Source: Spirochaetia bacterium (GTDB lineage: Bacteria; Spirochaetota; Spirochaetia; UBA9216). Taken from it: a DNA stretch of 64,000 nt. The position numbers and the translations under genes are program-made. The notes below the pieces were generated by a model. The model worked only from the letters and a program-made list of their open reading frames with translations. It ran no database searches and was not told the origin of the DNA. Positions 1-10,127 of this stretch are shown here, one piece after another (the first letter of the stretch is position 1; each line of letters starts with the position of its first letter). The DNA lies in the NCBI GenBank assembly GCA_965140585.1, contig OZ223268.1, forward strand, positions 64,001 through 128,000, read 5' to 3'.

Positions 1-67
1 CAGGAACCTGTACATCTTTTACTTCTATATTACCTATTGCTTTTATAACAGCAGCTTTCATTTTCAT
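1..67 (-). CDS. 5' end of probable zinc-dependent alcohol dehydrogenase (runs off window)
   Basis: Reverse strand reads MKMKAAVIKAIGNIEVKDVQVP, typical of MDR-family N-termini; only 22 codons visible. Confidence 0.5.
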   Translation of the reverse strand, partial: MKMKAAVIKAIGNIEVKDVQVP

Positions 68-96
68 ATCCTTCAACGTGGCAACAGGGTATTAGT

Positions 97-1017
97 TTAA
101 ACTCTGAAAATCAAGCCCGTATGTTTACTTCTCTGCATGATTGAATAAAACTCACTTATAATCCAGGCCATTTCAGGACATCTGAGATACCCGTATGATT
201 TATGAGGATTTCGCTCTCCTTCAAATATATAATTATTCCATATAAGCTTATCCTGCGGTTGGACTCCATGACGGTTCGGCAGATAATCATCATATAGGAT
301 ATAATTTATGGCAACAAGATCCTTGAAATCTGCCAGATTATACCAATTTCGTGTAATATTATCCGGAGTCCTCAAATCAGCTTCTGTTCCGGGATATTCA
401 GAAATAAGTTTGCTTTTAACCACCGGATTACCAAGCGGAGATCCGATTGTAACCAGGGTATCAATATTTACATCAGAAATCCATCTTGTAAGAACATCCC
501 AGGCTATTATCGATCCCATTGAATGAGCAACAAGCATAATCTTCTTTCTTCGGTTTTTATAAAGACTTTCAGCCAACCTTCCACAGATTTCATCACGTTT
601 TCTGAAATCTTTTTTATTGAAATAGGCATCAAGATCCTTAAGGAAATGACGTATTATAAAATCTGTGATTCTAGAAAAATTGGGAGATCCATCATCTTCA
701 ATGAAGATCTTTTCAAGCTGTTCGTTCAGCCTCTTTCTGAACACCGGATTTTGATCACAACTTTCATTTATCGGATATTCTCCAGCCCCCCGAACGTAGG
801 GTTCTCTTAAAAAGAAATCACTGCCTTCATCTGTGATATCAGGATCTAAAGCCTGGGGATACAAAAGAGAAGCCCAATAAACCATACTGAAATTTATAAA
901 TCTGTAACGGAAAGAATCACCCAGCCCCTCCAGGATAGCCGCCTTCCACCACTGCTCAAGCTGCCGGTACGGCGGTTTGTTTCCCAGACCGTGTATTCCT
1001 ATAATCATTCTGGACAT
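97..1017 (-). CDS. alpha/beta hydrolase-fold protein (lipase/PGAP1-like)
   Basis: IHGL oxyanion motif, AHSMG nucleophile elbow, TIGSPLG, C-terminal His (NPHKSYGY). Confidence 0.7.
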   Translation of the reverse strand: MSRMIIGIHGLGNKPPYRQLEQWWKAAILEGLGDSFRYRFINFSMVYWASLLYPQALDPDITDEGSDFFLREPYVRGAGEYPINESCDQNPVFRKRLNEQLEKIFIEDDGSPNFSRITDFIIRHFLKDLDAYFNKKDFRKRDEICGRLAESLYKNRRKKIMLVAHSMGSIIAWDVLTRWISDVNIDTLVTIGSPLGNPVVKSKLISEYPGTEADLRTPDNITRNWYNLADFKDLVAINYILYDDYLPNRHGVQPQDKLIWNNYIFEGERNPHKSYGYLRCPEMAWIISEFYSIMQRSKHTGLIFRV

Positions 1018-1153
1018 TTAAGGAGAAATCCTCACTTTATATTATCTGTTAATCTGTGACTCTATATTGTAATAAAGCTGGAGGTTTTCTCAAGCAGTTT
1101 TAGATGGAATCGGCTCTTTTTAATCATTTATATGTATCAGTAATCTTAATATT

Positions 1154-2218
1154 TCATAAATCAGCCATTACCCGGTTCTTTCCGGCATCCTTCCCACGGT
1201 ACAGAAGATCATCAACCCTTTCAAATAGTGATTTCTGTGTATCACCCTCTCTACAGTGAGATACTCCGAAAGTAACTGTGACTTCAATTGCGTTCTCTGT
1301 GCACTGGATAGGCGTGGAAACAGCCTGCATTCTTATGCGTTCCATCGTATCAACGGCCTGCTCTGCGGTGGTATTTTTAAGGATAAAAATAAACTCTTCA
1401 CCGCCCCATCTTCCTATAAAATCATAGTTTCTTACGCAGCTGCGGAAACGGGAGGCCATTTCGGTAAGGACAGCATCACCGCACTGATGACCGTAAGTAT
1501 CGTTTACTTTTTTAAAATTATCGAGATCTCCCAGAGCAACAGTCACCCCCTTTTCTCCGTCCTTTGAGTTACATAACAGAATTCTGGAAAGTTCCTCCTC
1601 GACACTCCTTCTATTGGGAAGATCGGTCAAAGCATCGGTGTTTGCCATATGTACTACCCGGCCGTGATACATCTGCAGTTCAGATTCTGCATTTTTTAAT
1701 GCCAGATGATAACGGTAAAAACTCAATGAAAGAACTGTAAACGCCAGTACAATGTTAATCTCATGAAATACCGCACGATGATTTTCAGGGATTTCATAAA
1801 GAGAGTTTCCATTTCTGAATAAAACCAAAATGAGAATATAGAAAATGAGGATGGAAAAATTGATAATAAATCCGTGATTTCGTTTTATACTTGCACTTGC
1901 CGAAATCAATACATTAACGACAAGAAGATAATGATGTATTCCGACTGAAATTCCCAGAAAATATACCAAACCCGGAATATCTATGAGAAGTGCGATCAGT
2001 CCAAGGGTTATAGCAGAAATAAACAGTTCCCGTTTAGCAAGCATAAGGGCTGCGCTAAAAAGCAGAAGAATTCCCAGACTGAAATATAATGGAATTAAAA
2101 ATCCCATAACAAAAAAATAAATAGTATACGGCAGGGTGAAGAGCATCGCCATGAAATAAATTGTTGACTGGTAGGTATAGACAGGATCAAAGCGTTTCGA
2201 CAATGGATCATTGTTCAT
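1154..2218 (-). CDS. membrane-bound diguanylate cyclase (GGDEF)
   Basis: Multiple N-terminal TM helices; DALTDLPNRR, DLDNFKKVND, RNYD I-site, GGEEF; start could be 2248. Confidence 0.9.
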   Translation of the reverse strand: MNNDPLSKRFDPVYTYQSTIYFMAMLFTLPYTIYFFVMGFLIPLYFSLGILLLFSAALMLAKRELFISAITLGLIALLIDIPGLVYFLGISVGIHHYLLVVNVLISASASIKRNHGFIINFSILIFYILILVLFRNGNSLYEIPENHRAVFHEINIVLAFTVLSLSFYRYHLALKNAESELQMYHGRVVHMANTDALTDLPNRRSVEEELSRILLCNSKDGEKGVTVALGDLDNFKKVNDTYGHQCGDAVLTEMASRFRSCVRNYDFIGRWGGEEFIFILKNTTAEQAVDTMERIRMQAVSTPIQCTENAIEVTVTFGVSHCREGDTQKSLFERVDDLLYRGKDAGKNRVMADL

Positions 2219-2257
2219 AATTAAATTATATGAACTGAACAGCAGCAATCAAACAGT

Positions 2258-3721
2258 TTATTTCATAATATCCAGAAGACTATTAAGGAGGAGAAATCCA
2301 TAGCTGAGCGGCGGGAGTTCTATCTGCCTTGCACAGCCCTCAGGAACCGGATCAGGTTCAGGTATTTCAGGAAGAACTTCCGGAGTCAGCGGCTGGCCGT
2401 TCATAAGAATGACCCTGCTGTAGATATCAGGGGAAGTCAGAAAAATCTTGTGCTTTATAAGAGGAAACGAATCATCAAGATTACATATTCCAGTTTCTTT
2501 ACTCAAATTTATATAAATAAGACAGTAACCTTCCGTTTTTTTTCCTGCAAGTGAGTGCAGATAAAACCGGAGACTTCGGGAAGTTCCCTGCACCACCGGC
2601 TCATAAACTTCGGGACCTACATACCTGCTCCATAAAAGTGTAGTATAAAAATCCGGCAGCGGATCATGTGTAAACTTATCAAGCAGACCGTAATCTCCGC
2701 CAGTCAGGGTTTGACGGACAACCTGACTCATCCCTTCCCTGGCCATTATGCCAAGCTGATCGAGCCACCAGAACCCCGAGTAGAATGTATCTGAAAGTCC
2801 GGGCTCACCGCCGCATTGGGCATGACCGGTTTCGCCAAGCCAGATTTCGACATCCGGCATGTATTGATCCCGCAAAGAGGTAATTTTTCCTGCCTGCCTG
2901 GCGGCTTCTTCAAGGTTGGAAGGTTTAAGCATGGTTTTACGCTTAGCCCTGCGTATAGCAAATGGCGATCTCGAACTCTGCTGGGGATAGTAATGCCAGG
3001 TAATGATATCAAGAGACTTCCCTGCCTTTCTGAGAAATCTTTTCAGAAAAGGCAGAGTTTCTCCTATAACAGGCCAGACTGCAAGCGCGGGGCCCGCAGT
3101 CATGGCACCGGCCTTTGATGATATTGTCCTTTTCAGGCGTTTCATATCACCGGCATATTCACGTGATGATATCCGGCTGCCTGAACCGTGGAAAAAAGGA
3201 TATGCGTTTACTTCGTTACCCAGTTCCCATACGGCTACATCATGTTTTTTATCCTCTGAATATTTAATAAGCTGTCTGGCATTTTTCCTGCGCCAACGCT
3301 GTTTTTCATGCCTCGGCCCAGGACCGGCGTTTACCGTAAGCATCAGTGAGGAACCGACCAGTCTGCAGAACAATTCCATAGCCTTCCATCGCTTCCTCCC
3401 CAGCGTGTAATGATATCCGTCCGTCAGTTCGCCCGTGCCGTTTTTTTTATTCAAAGCGTAATATACACGATCAGCCTCTGTTCCTCCGAAGCGGATACAT
3501 TTCGGGTGCAGTAGTTTTGTATAAAAAACAAGTTTTTCGTTTTCCAAATCAAGAGGTTCAGTCCTGGCCTCACCCAGCCCATTTTTAACCATTCCCGAAT
3601 TGTCCCACCAGTATCCGCCCATAATCTGGGAAGTATCAAGTGCTACTGATATATATTGTTCAGGTATTCTGTGTACAGGCTGTGGTGATTCTAGAAACAG
3701 CTTAGATGCAGGTGATTTCAT
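2258..3721 (-). CDS. glycoside hydrolase family 79 (heparanase/beta-glucuronidase-like)
   Basis: RFGGTEAD, WELGNE (acid/base), WLGETG (nucleophile), WWLDQLG, RQTLTGGDYGL motifs. Confidence 0.85.
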   Translation of the reverse strand: MKSPASKLFLESPQPVHRIPEQYISVALDTSQIMGGYWWDNSGMVKNGLGEARTEPLDLENEKLVFYTKLLHPKCIRFGGTEADRVYYALNKKNGTGELTDGYHYTLGRKRWKAMELFCRLVGSSLMLTVNAGPGPRHEKQRWRRKNARQLIKYSEDKKHDVAVWELGNEVNAYPFFHGSGSRISSREYAGDMKRLKRTISSKAGAMTAGPALAVWPVIGETLPFLKRFLRKAGKSLDIITWHYYPQQSSRSPFAIRRAKRKTMLKPSNLEEAARQAGKITSLRDQYMPDVEIWLGETGHAQCGGEPGLSDTFYSGFWWLDQLGIMAREGMSQVVRQTLTGGDYGLLDKFTHDPLPDFYTTLLWSRYVGPEVYEPVVQGTSRSLRFYLHSLAGKKTEGYCLIYINLSKETGICNLDDSFPLIKHKIFLTSPDIYSRVILMNGQPLTPEVLPEIPEPDPVPEGCARQIELPPLSYGFLLLNSLLDIMK

Positions 3722-3788
3722 TACTGAAATTTACCTGCCGGAACTAAGCTATGCAATGAAATTTATGTATATCACTGTTAGTTTTTGG

Positions 3789-4709
3789 TTAAACAAAATA
3801 TGATTTAGCTATTTCTGCGCCCACCCGGGCGTTATTGAAAACCAGCTCTATATTTGTATTCAGTGATGCCTTTCCGGTGATCGTCTTAATTGCATCAAGC
3901 AGAAAGGGAGTTGCATCTTTTCCCGATATTCCCTTTGCCTCCATATCTGCAAGTGCCTTTTCTATTGCGCTGTCAATTGTCTTTTTATCTGCTTCAAATT
4001 CCTCGGGTACCGGGTTTGCTACAACCATCCCTCCCTTAAGACCGAGCTCTCTTTTTACACGGAACATATCGGCGATATCCTTTGCGCTGTCGCAGGATAT
4101 CTCAACAGGGTAACCGCTGTCACGTGTAAAAAATGCCGGAAAATTCTTTGTTCCGTAGCCGACAACCGGAACACCGTATGTCTCAAGATATTCAAGTGTA
4201 AGTCCGATATCGAGTATTGACTTGGCGCCTGCACAGACAACTGCAACAGAGGTATTAGCCAGTTCCTGAAGGTCGGCAGAAACATCAAAGGTCTTTTCTG
4301 CCCCGCGGTGGACACCGCCGATACCGCCTGTAACAAACACTGGGATTCCCGCAAGGTCGGATATGATCATGGTAGCAGCAACAGTGGTAGCTCCGCAGAG
4401 TTTCTGAGAAACAACCCAGGGAATATCTCTTCTGCTCACCTTGAGAATATCACCGCTGTTTCCAAGTCTCTCAAGCTCATTATCCTCCAGCCCGACAGTG
4501 AGCACACCATCAAGAATGGCGATAGTAGCGGGGATAACGCCTTTGTCACGTACGATCTTTTCAACCTTCAGTGCAGTTTCAACATTATCCGGATAAGGCA
4601 TGCCGTGAGATATAATAGTTGATTCAAGACTGAGAACCGGTCTGCCCTCTGCCAGAGCCTGTTTAACTTCTTCTTTGATTTTAATGTAGCTGCTGATATT
4701 GTTTTCCAT
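3789..4709 (-). CDS. psuG: pseudouridine-5'-phosphate glycosidase
   Basis: LESTIISHGMPYP, KVSRRD, ATTVAATM, TGGIGGVHRG, SADLQEL, GAKSILD motifs. Confidence 0.95.
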   Translation of the reverse strand: MENNISSYIKIKEEVKQALAEGRPVLSLESTIISHGMPYPDNVETALKVEKIVRDKGVIPATIAILDGVLTVGLEDNELERLGNSGDILKVSRRDIPWVVSQKLCGATTVAATMIISDLAGIPVFVTGGIGGVHRGAEKTFDVSADLQELANTSVAVVCAGAKSILDIGLTLEYLETYGVPVVGYGTKNFPAFFTRDSGYPVEISCDSAKDIADMFRVKRELGLKGGMVVANPVPEEFEADKKTIDSAIEKALADMEAKGISGKDATPFLLDAIKTITGKASLNTNIELVFNNARVGAEIAKSYFV

Positions 4710-4726
4710 TTGTCTGTAAACTCCTG

Positions 4727-5806
4727 TTATTCGATTATTTCGATTATTTTTTCAGTTGATAGTGACGGATTAACTGTTTCATTGCACAGGACCGTCAATG
4801 CCGATGCGGCTGATGCAAATTTGACTTTTTGATGCACGTTCATGTCATTCAATGAACTATAAACCAGACCGGCCATAAACGCGTCACCGGCACCGTTGGA
4901 ATTCGCCATTTTATAAGGCTCCCTGTTGTAGAAAAATATTCCATCGATGTTTCCATAGCACGTTCCCTTGCTGCCCCTGTTGATAAAAACTTCTTTAACC
5001 CCAGCATTAAGCAGATTTTTTACTGCCGACTTATAATCCTCTTCAGTTTCTATTTTTATCCCGCCCAGGATTTCCGCCTCCCAGCGGTTGCAGGTTAATG
5101 AGTGGATGCTGCCAAGAAGGTGCTTGAGCTTTTCCGCCTTTGTAGTTGAAACGGGGTCGGCAAAAAAGAGGGTATTACGAAAGTTGCATAGAAGGTAATC
5201 AAGGGCTTCCGATGACAGATTAGCCTCAACCACCACAACCTTCGCATATTCGATCAGGCTGCTGTTTCGTTTGATGTAGTCTATGTTTATCTTTTCGCTT
5301 ATATCCATATCTGATAAAGCAAGAATCATCTCTCCTGAATCATCCTGTATCGACAGATATATTGATGTCCGGCCGTCTTCGACAACCTTGACCGAGTCCA
5401 TGTCGATTTTAAAACTACGGCAGTCAGTAATAATTTTTTCGCCGTAAACATCAAGTCCTATTGCTGACAGCATTTTAACCCGGACGCCCATCCTTGAAAG
5501 ATTTTCAGCGATGTTCCGGCCTACGCCGCCCATGGAAAGCTGCACTGAACCGGGGTTACTATCATTGAATATAAGAGTCTTATGAGGAAAACCGGAGATA
5601 TCCATATTGGCACCGCCGATTACAAGAGCATAATCTTCTTCACTCAGAATGTATTTTTTCCCCTTAATCATCCCCTTCTTGGTCAGATTAAGAATATGGA
5701 CACCTACTGATGAGCGGGTAATGCCAAGCTGCTCCGCTATTGTTTTCTGAGTAATCCAGGGGTCTGCTTTAATCAGATCGAGTATTTCCTGTTCCCGCTT
5801 TGTCAC
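4727..5806 (-). CDS. psuK: pseudouridine kinase (N-terminal wHTH + PfkB domain)
   Basis: HTH (ITQKTIAEQLGITRSSV), GGANMD, GGVGRNIAENL, GAGDAF; directly upstream of psuG. Confidence 0.88.
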   Translation of the reverse strand: MTKREQEILDLIKADPWITQKTIAEQLGITRSSVGVHILNLTKKGMIKGKKYILSEEDYALVIGGANMDISGFPHKTLIFNDSNPGSVQLSMGGVGRNIAENLSRMGVRVKMLSAIGLDVYGEKIITDCRSFKIDMDSVKVVEDGRTSIYLSIQDDSGEMILALSDMDISEKINIDYIKRNSSLIEYAKVVVVEANLSSEALDYLLCNFRNTLFFADPVSTTKAEKLKHLLGSIHSLTCNRWEAEILGGIKIETEEDYKSAVKNLLNAGVKEVFINRGSKGTCYGNIDGIFFYNREPYKMANSNGAGDAFMAGLVYSSLNDMNVHQKVKFASAASALTVLCNETVNPSLSTEKIIEIIE

Positions 5807-5912
5807 AGCAACTCCTTTACCTAAATCTTTATTTATTTTATAAACACATATTTATATTGTCAATAATCTATCATCAAGTTTTGAATATTATTTGATTTTT
5901 TTTAAAAAAAAA

Positions 5913-5934
5913 GTCCAGAAATATATTTCTGGAC
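5913..5934. promoter_or_regulatory. perfect 22-bp palindrome GTCCAGAAATATATTTCTGGAC, putative operator (copy 1)
   Basis: Exact self-complementary 22-mer about 60 bp upstream of the 5995 start; identical copy at 8353-8374. Confidence 0.7.
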
Positions 5935-5994
5935 GACAGCGGAATCATTTTTCTATAAATTTATCTGATTCTATTTTCAGGAGATTCAAAATAT

Positions 5995-8223
5995 ATGAAA
6001 AGATTAATGCTCCCATTTTATTTTCTTGCAATTTTACTTGTTATCAGCTCTTCCGGATGTAACCCGGATATTGCAGCAGGAACAGGAACATCTGACACCG
6101 GAAGTACAGAGACCACAACCTACTCGGTAACATATTATTCAAACACGGCTGACTCCGGTGCCGCTCCGGTGGACAGCACTGAATACGAAGAAGGCGCCTC
6201 TGTCACCGTTTCCGGAAATACCGGCAGCCTTGTAAAAAGCCACTATACCTTTGCAGGATGGAACACTGCAGCTGACGGATTCGGCACAACATATACTGCT
6301 GGAAGCACTTTCACAATGGGTACCGCCGATGTAAGCCTATATGCCGTATGGACAGAAATACCACAGACCATCAGCTATAATGCTAACGGCGGAAGCGGCA
6401 GCATGGCTGACAGTACTGTTCGTGAATATTCCGATGTAACACTTCCCATAAACACATTTACAAAACCGAATTACAATTTTGCAGGCTGGTCAACGACGGC
6501 AGACGGAGCTGTAGAATATACCGATGGGGCCGTTCTTTCAATTACTGATGCTGATGTTGAACTATATGCTGTATGGGTAGAAATAAAGACTATCAGCTAC
6601 AATGCAAACAGCGGAAACGGCAGCATGAATGACAGCAGTGTTAGTATTAATTCAGATATAACCCTTCCGGTAAATACTTTTACAAAACCGCATTACAGTT
6701 TTGCAGGCTGGTCAACATCGTCAGGCGGAGCTGTAGAATATACCGATGGAGCCGTTTTTTCGATGGGTAATGCTGATATAATTCTCTATGCTGTATGGCA
6801 GCTTGACATTAAAGCAGTCTATGCAGAGGTTGTTAAGGACGGTGGAGCAAACTCATGCCTGTATGGTGTGGCAGCTGATGATAACGGCAATATATATGCT
6901 GCCGGTTACCAGAATGGTAAAAACCAGTTCAACTATAATGGAGCAACAGCTGCTTCCAACATCAGCGCGAACAACTCTGTAATTATTAAATATGATGAAA
7001 ACGGCAACGGAATCTGGGCAAGAGTTGTAAATGACGGAGGCGCCGCATCTACATTCAAACGGGTGGCCGTTGATGCTGAGGGAAATATCTACGCTGCGGG
7101 TTTTCAAACCGGTACAGATACTTATGTTTATGGTCAGAGCTCTGGGGGAGCTGATGTAACAGCAAAAGCCGACAATTCAGGAACAAATGCAGTTATCGTA
7201 AAATACACATCCGCTGGAAATGTGGAATGGGCGAAGACTGTTATAGGCGGTGAAAATAAATCCTACTTCAATGCCGTTGCGGTTGATAAATACGGAAATG
7301 TCTATGCGGCGGGCTATCAGGCTGGAGCGGGTACCTTCGACTACGATAACGGTGTTACCGTTTCTGCATCAAATGATGTAAACAACTACAATCATTGTGT
7401 TCTGGTAAAGTACGACAGTGATGGAAACACCCAGTGGGCAAAATCTGAAACTGGAAAGAACTCAAAAACTGCTTTCAACGGTGTAACAACAGATATTAAC
7501 GGAGACGTGTATGTCGCAGGATACCAGTGGGTGACTTCTGACTACACAACAGTAAGTTACGGCGGAGTTTTGATTGATTCTCATGGAGCAGATAGACTCG
7601 CCAGCATTGCAATCAAGTATTCCAGTTCCGGAGTTCCTCAATGGGGAAAAATCGCATACGGCACAGGTTCTTCAGCTTTCTATTCAATAGTAACAGACGA
7701 TGACTGTAATGTTTACACTTCAGGTTATCAGTACGATGAGTCAGAATTTAATTATGGTGACTGGGTAACTGTAAAATCAACCAGCCGCAGCTGCTATAAC
7801 GGCACAATTGTAAAATACGACAGCACGGGAAAAACTCTCTGGGCAAAAATCCCAAGGGTTGGTTCAAATTCAGATTCAAGTTTCTACGACATAGCAATGA
7901 GCGCAGATAACTATATTTATATTTCAAGTATGCAGGAGTCTACAGATACTTTCACATACAGCACCGGGATAACTGCAAAAGCAAACTATAGCGGAAAAAA
8001 CTCTGTAATTGTTCGTTACAATACAGACGGAAAGGCTGAGTGGGTGCGGACTGTAAACTACGGCTCAGGCAACTCAAATTTTAAAAGTGTCTTCGCTACT
8101 AATGACGGAAGCATTCTCGTTGCAGGGTATCAGGACGATACCGGAACATTTTATTACGGTAGCAACGTTTCTGCTACGTCGAATACAGGAGCAAACAACT
8201 CTGTAATTGTTAAATACTATTAA
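5995..8223 (+). CDS. surface lipoprotein with three InlB B (Listeria-Bacteroides) repeats and a C-terminal SBBP-like beta-propeller
   Basis: Lipobox-like SSSGC; three F[A]GW[N/S]T..DG...LYAVW repeats; repeated xAxDxxGNxYxAGYQ and KYDxxG blades. Confidence 0.85.
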   Translation: MKRLMLPFYFLAILLVISSSGCNPDIAAGTGTSDTGSTETTTYSVTYYSNTADSGAAPVDSTEYEEGASVTVSGNTGSLVKSHYTFAGWNTAADGFGTTYTAGSTFTMGTADVSLYAVWTEIPQTISYNANGGSGSMADSTVREYSDVTLPINTFTKPNYNFAGWSTTADGAVEYTDGAVLSITDADVELYAVWVEIKTISYNANSGNGSMNDSSVSINSDITLPVNTFTKPHYSFAGWSTSSGGAVEYTDGAVFSMGNADIILYAVWQLDIKAVYAEVVKDGGANSCLYGVAADDNGNIYAAGYQNGKNQFNYNGATAASNISANNSVIIKYDENGNGIWARVVNDGGAASTFKRVAVDAEGNIYAAGFQTGTDTYVYGQSSGGADVTAKADNSGTNAVIVKYTSAGNVEWAKTVIGGENKSYFNAVAVDKYGNVYAAGYQAGAGTFDYDNGVTVSASNDVNNYNHCVLVKYDSDGNTQWAKSETGKNSKTAFNGVTTDINGDVYVAGYQWVTSDYTTVSYGGVLIDSHGADRLASIAIKYSSSGVPQWGKIAYGTGSSAFYSIVTDDDCNVYTSGYQYDESEFNYGDWVTVKSTSRSCYNGTIVKYDSTGKTLWAKIPRVGSNSDSSFYDIAMSADNYIYISSMQESTDTFTYSTGITAKANYSGKNSVIVRYNTDGKAEWVRTVNYGSGNSNFKSVFATNDGSILVAGYQDDTGTFYYGSNVSATSNTGANNSVIVKYY

Positions 8224-8243
8224 TTCTAATATCCGACGAAAAG

Positions 8244-8278
8244 TTAAAAAGGTCGAGCCGGAGGTTCGGCCTTTTTAA
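8244..8278 (+). terminator. rho-independent terminator
   Basis: aaaaaGGTCGAGCcggaGGTTCGGCCttttt stem-loop with T tract after 8223. Confidence 0.75.
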
Positions 8279-8352
8279 TTACTGAATGCTATATCATAGA
8301 TGTAAAAACCTTGTACGACGGCTTAAACCTTCATTTTTTTCTATAAAAAAAA

Positions 8353-8374
8353 GTCCAGAAATATATTTCTGGAC
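8353..8374. promoter_or_regulatory. perfect 22-bp palindrome, putative operator (copy 2)
   Basis: Identical to 5913-5934, at nearly the same distance from the downstream ATG (8434). Confidence 0.7.
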
Positions 8375-8433
8375 GACTGTATCTAACAAATCGAGTAGAT
8401 TTAGCTGATTTTATATTCAGGAGAATCAAAGAA

Positions 8434-10044
8434 ATGAAAAGATTCATGCACTGATTTTATTTTCTCTCAATTTTGCTCGTTATCAGCCTCTCAGGCTGCG
8501 ACCCGGATATTTTAGCCGGAGTTGAAGACGCAGACGGCACTGGAACAGTTGACACTGACAGCGGGGTATCAGCCGATGCATCAGCTGCTGCAGCAGACAT
8601 CGCTGCCCTTGATGAGTCGGATTTCACCTTCGCATCTGGAGACAGCAGGACAGGCGTTACCGGAGACTTCACAGTCCCAACCAGCGGTAGCAGCGGGACA
8701 ACCATCACCTGGACTGAGAAACAGGATGCGGGAGACAATGTAGCTGTAAGCTCCGGGACGGTAACAGTAACAAGACCGGCAGCCGGCAGCTTAGATGCGG
8801 AAGTAATTCTTACAGCAATGCAATCACATGGACTGAAACTACTGACAGCTCAAATAACATCAGCATTTCCGGAAATACTGTCACAGTAACACGTCCCGCA
8901 AAATTCTATGAGCATGCCTCTGTCACCATCACAGCCGCTCTAACTTTCGGCGGCTCGAGTGATACAAAAGATTTTCAATACTGATATTGGCTGACTACAT
9001 GGCCGGAATAGACTTCAGTACAAATGTATCATCCTTTACGTATGAAATACCTGCAGAAAACTCCGCAGCAAGGATATTCAGACTCGCAGAGGATTCAGAA
9101 ACAAACTCGGTAGCAATCGTTGGAAACTATGCCTATGTGGCTCACGAGTACGGGCCTGCGGGAGATCCTGTCTATGTTTTTGATATCAGCAACCCTGCAG
9201 TTCCTAAGGCGGTATGCTATTTTGATTTAAACGCAAGTTTTTACAACATTACTGCTTCAGAAAACTATCTGTATGCGGTATGGAACAAGCAAATCTATCC
9301 GATTGATGTATCCGATCCTGTTAATCCGGAGGTAATGCGACCGGTTGAAATTGCATCAACTGAACTTACATCGGTTCTTGACTTATATATTGACGGCAGC
9401 ACCCTGTATTACACCGGCTCCTACTCCTACAGCTCGTCAACTAGAGTTGGAGCAATCGATATTTCAAATCCAGCAGTACCGGTAAATATGGATTATATTC
9501 TTTTCAGTGGCCGTCCATTCAAGATGACCTGCAGCAACGGCTATGTCTACATTGCAAATGGGTATACTGCTGATGCATCCCTTGCTATAGTGGATGCAAC
9601 TGACCCAAAGGATCTAAAACAGATATATCTTGGTGTTCTTGATGATAACCTTTCCTATACCACCGGTATCAGTATCGATGATGATTACCTCTACGTTTCT
9701 GATGACGGGTATCAAATAGAGGTTGTAAATATCACAGCCCCGGCAGCACCTGTCTATGTTAAAACAGTAGAGCCAAGCGGGACTCGCAGCCTCGGAATTC
9801 TTTTGGTATCCGGTAACTCATTATACGGAGTAAACCGGGGGATAGTTCAATACTCAGGTTGGATATTTCAAGCACACCGGATATTGCTGAAAAAACAAAA
9901 GTAGTATACGGCGGAGATTTAACAGGAAGTAATGTAACAGGTACTGACTTTGAAGTAAATGGCGGCTATCTGTATGTTACAGGAGTCTATAACCCCACAT
10001 CAAACGATATTTGGAATGGTTTCGCGGTAATGCCGGATAATTAA
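8434..10044 (+). pseudogene. disrupted lipoprotein with Ig-like domains and LVIVD-repeat propeller
   Basis: ATG 8434 with aggag RBS, homologous to the 5995 signal peptide but TGA at codon 7; frame breaks near 8817, 8972 and 9858; fragments 8473-8889, 8987-9904 and 9859-10044 carry ITWT..TVTRP Ig motifs and YAYV..DISNP LVIVD repeats. Confidence 0.8.
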
Positions 10045-10063
10045 AAACAAAAAACTGCAATAT

Positions 10064-10098
10064 AAAAAGCCCGTCTGAAAAGTAGACGGGCTTTTTTA
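10064..10098. terminator. bidirectional rho-independent terminator
   Basis: aaaaaGCCCGTCTgaaaagtAGACGGGCtttttt between convergent genes. Confidence 0.8.
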
Positions 10099-10127
10099 TC
10101 GCATAAGCTGTATTTGACTCTGAAAAA

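Noticed and set aside
6369-6800. ~220-bp tandem DNA duplication as DGR template/variable repeat or CRISPR
   Set aside because: It is two in-frame InlB repeats; differences are not adenine-restricted and no reverse transcriptase or cas genes are present
8452-8454. In-frame TGA as selenocysteine or Trp recoding
   Set aside because: It lies in a signal peptide opposite Pro in the paralogue, the gene has several other lesions, and many genes here terminate with TGA
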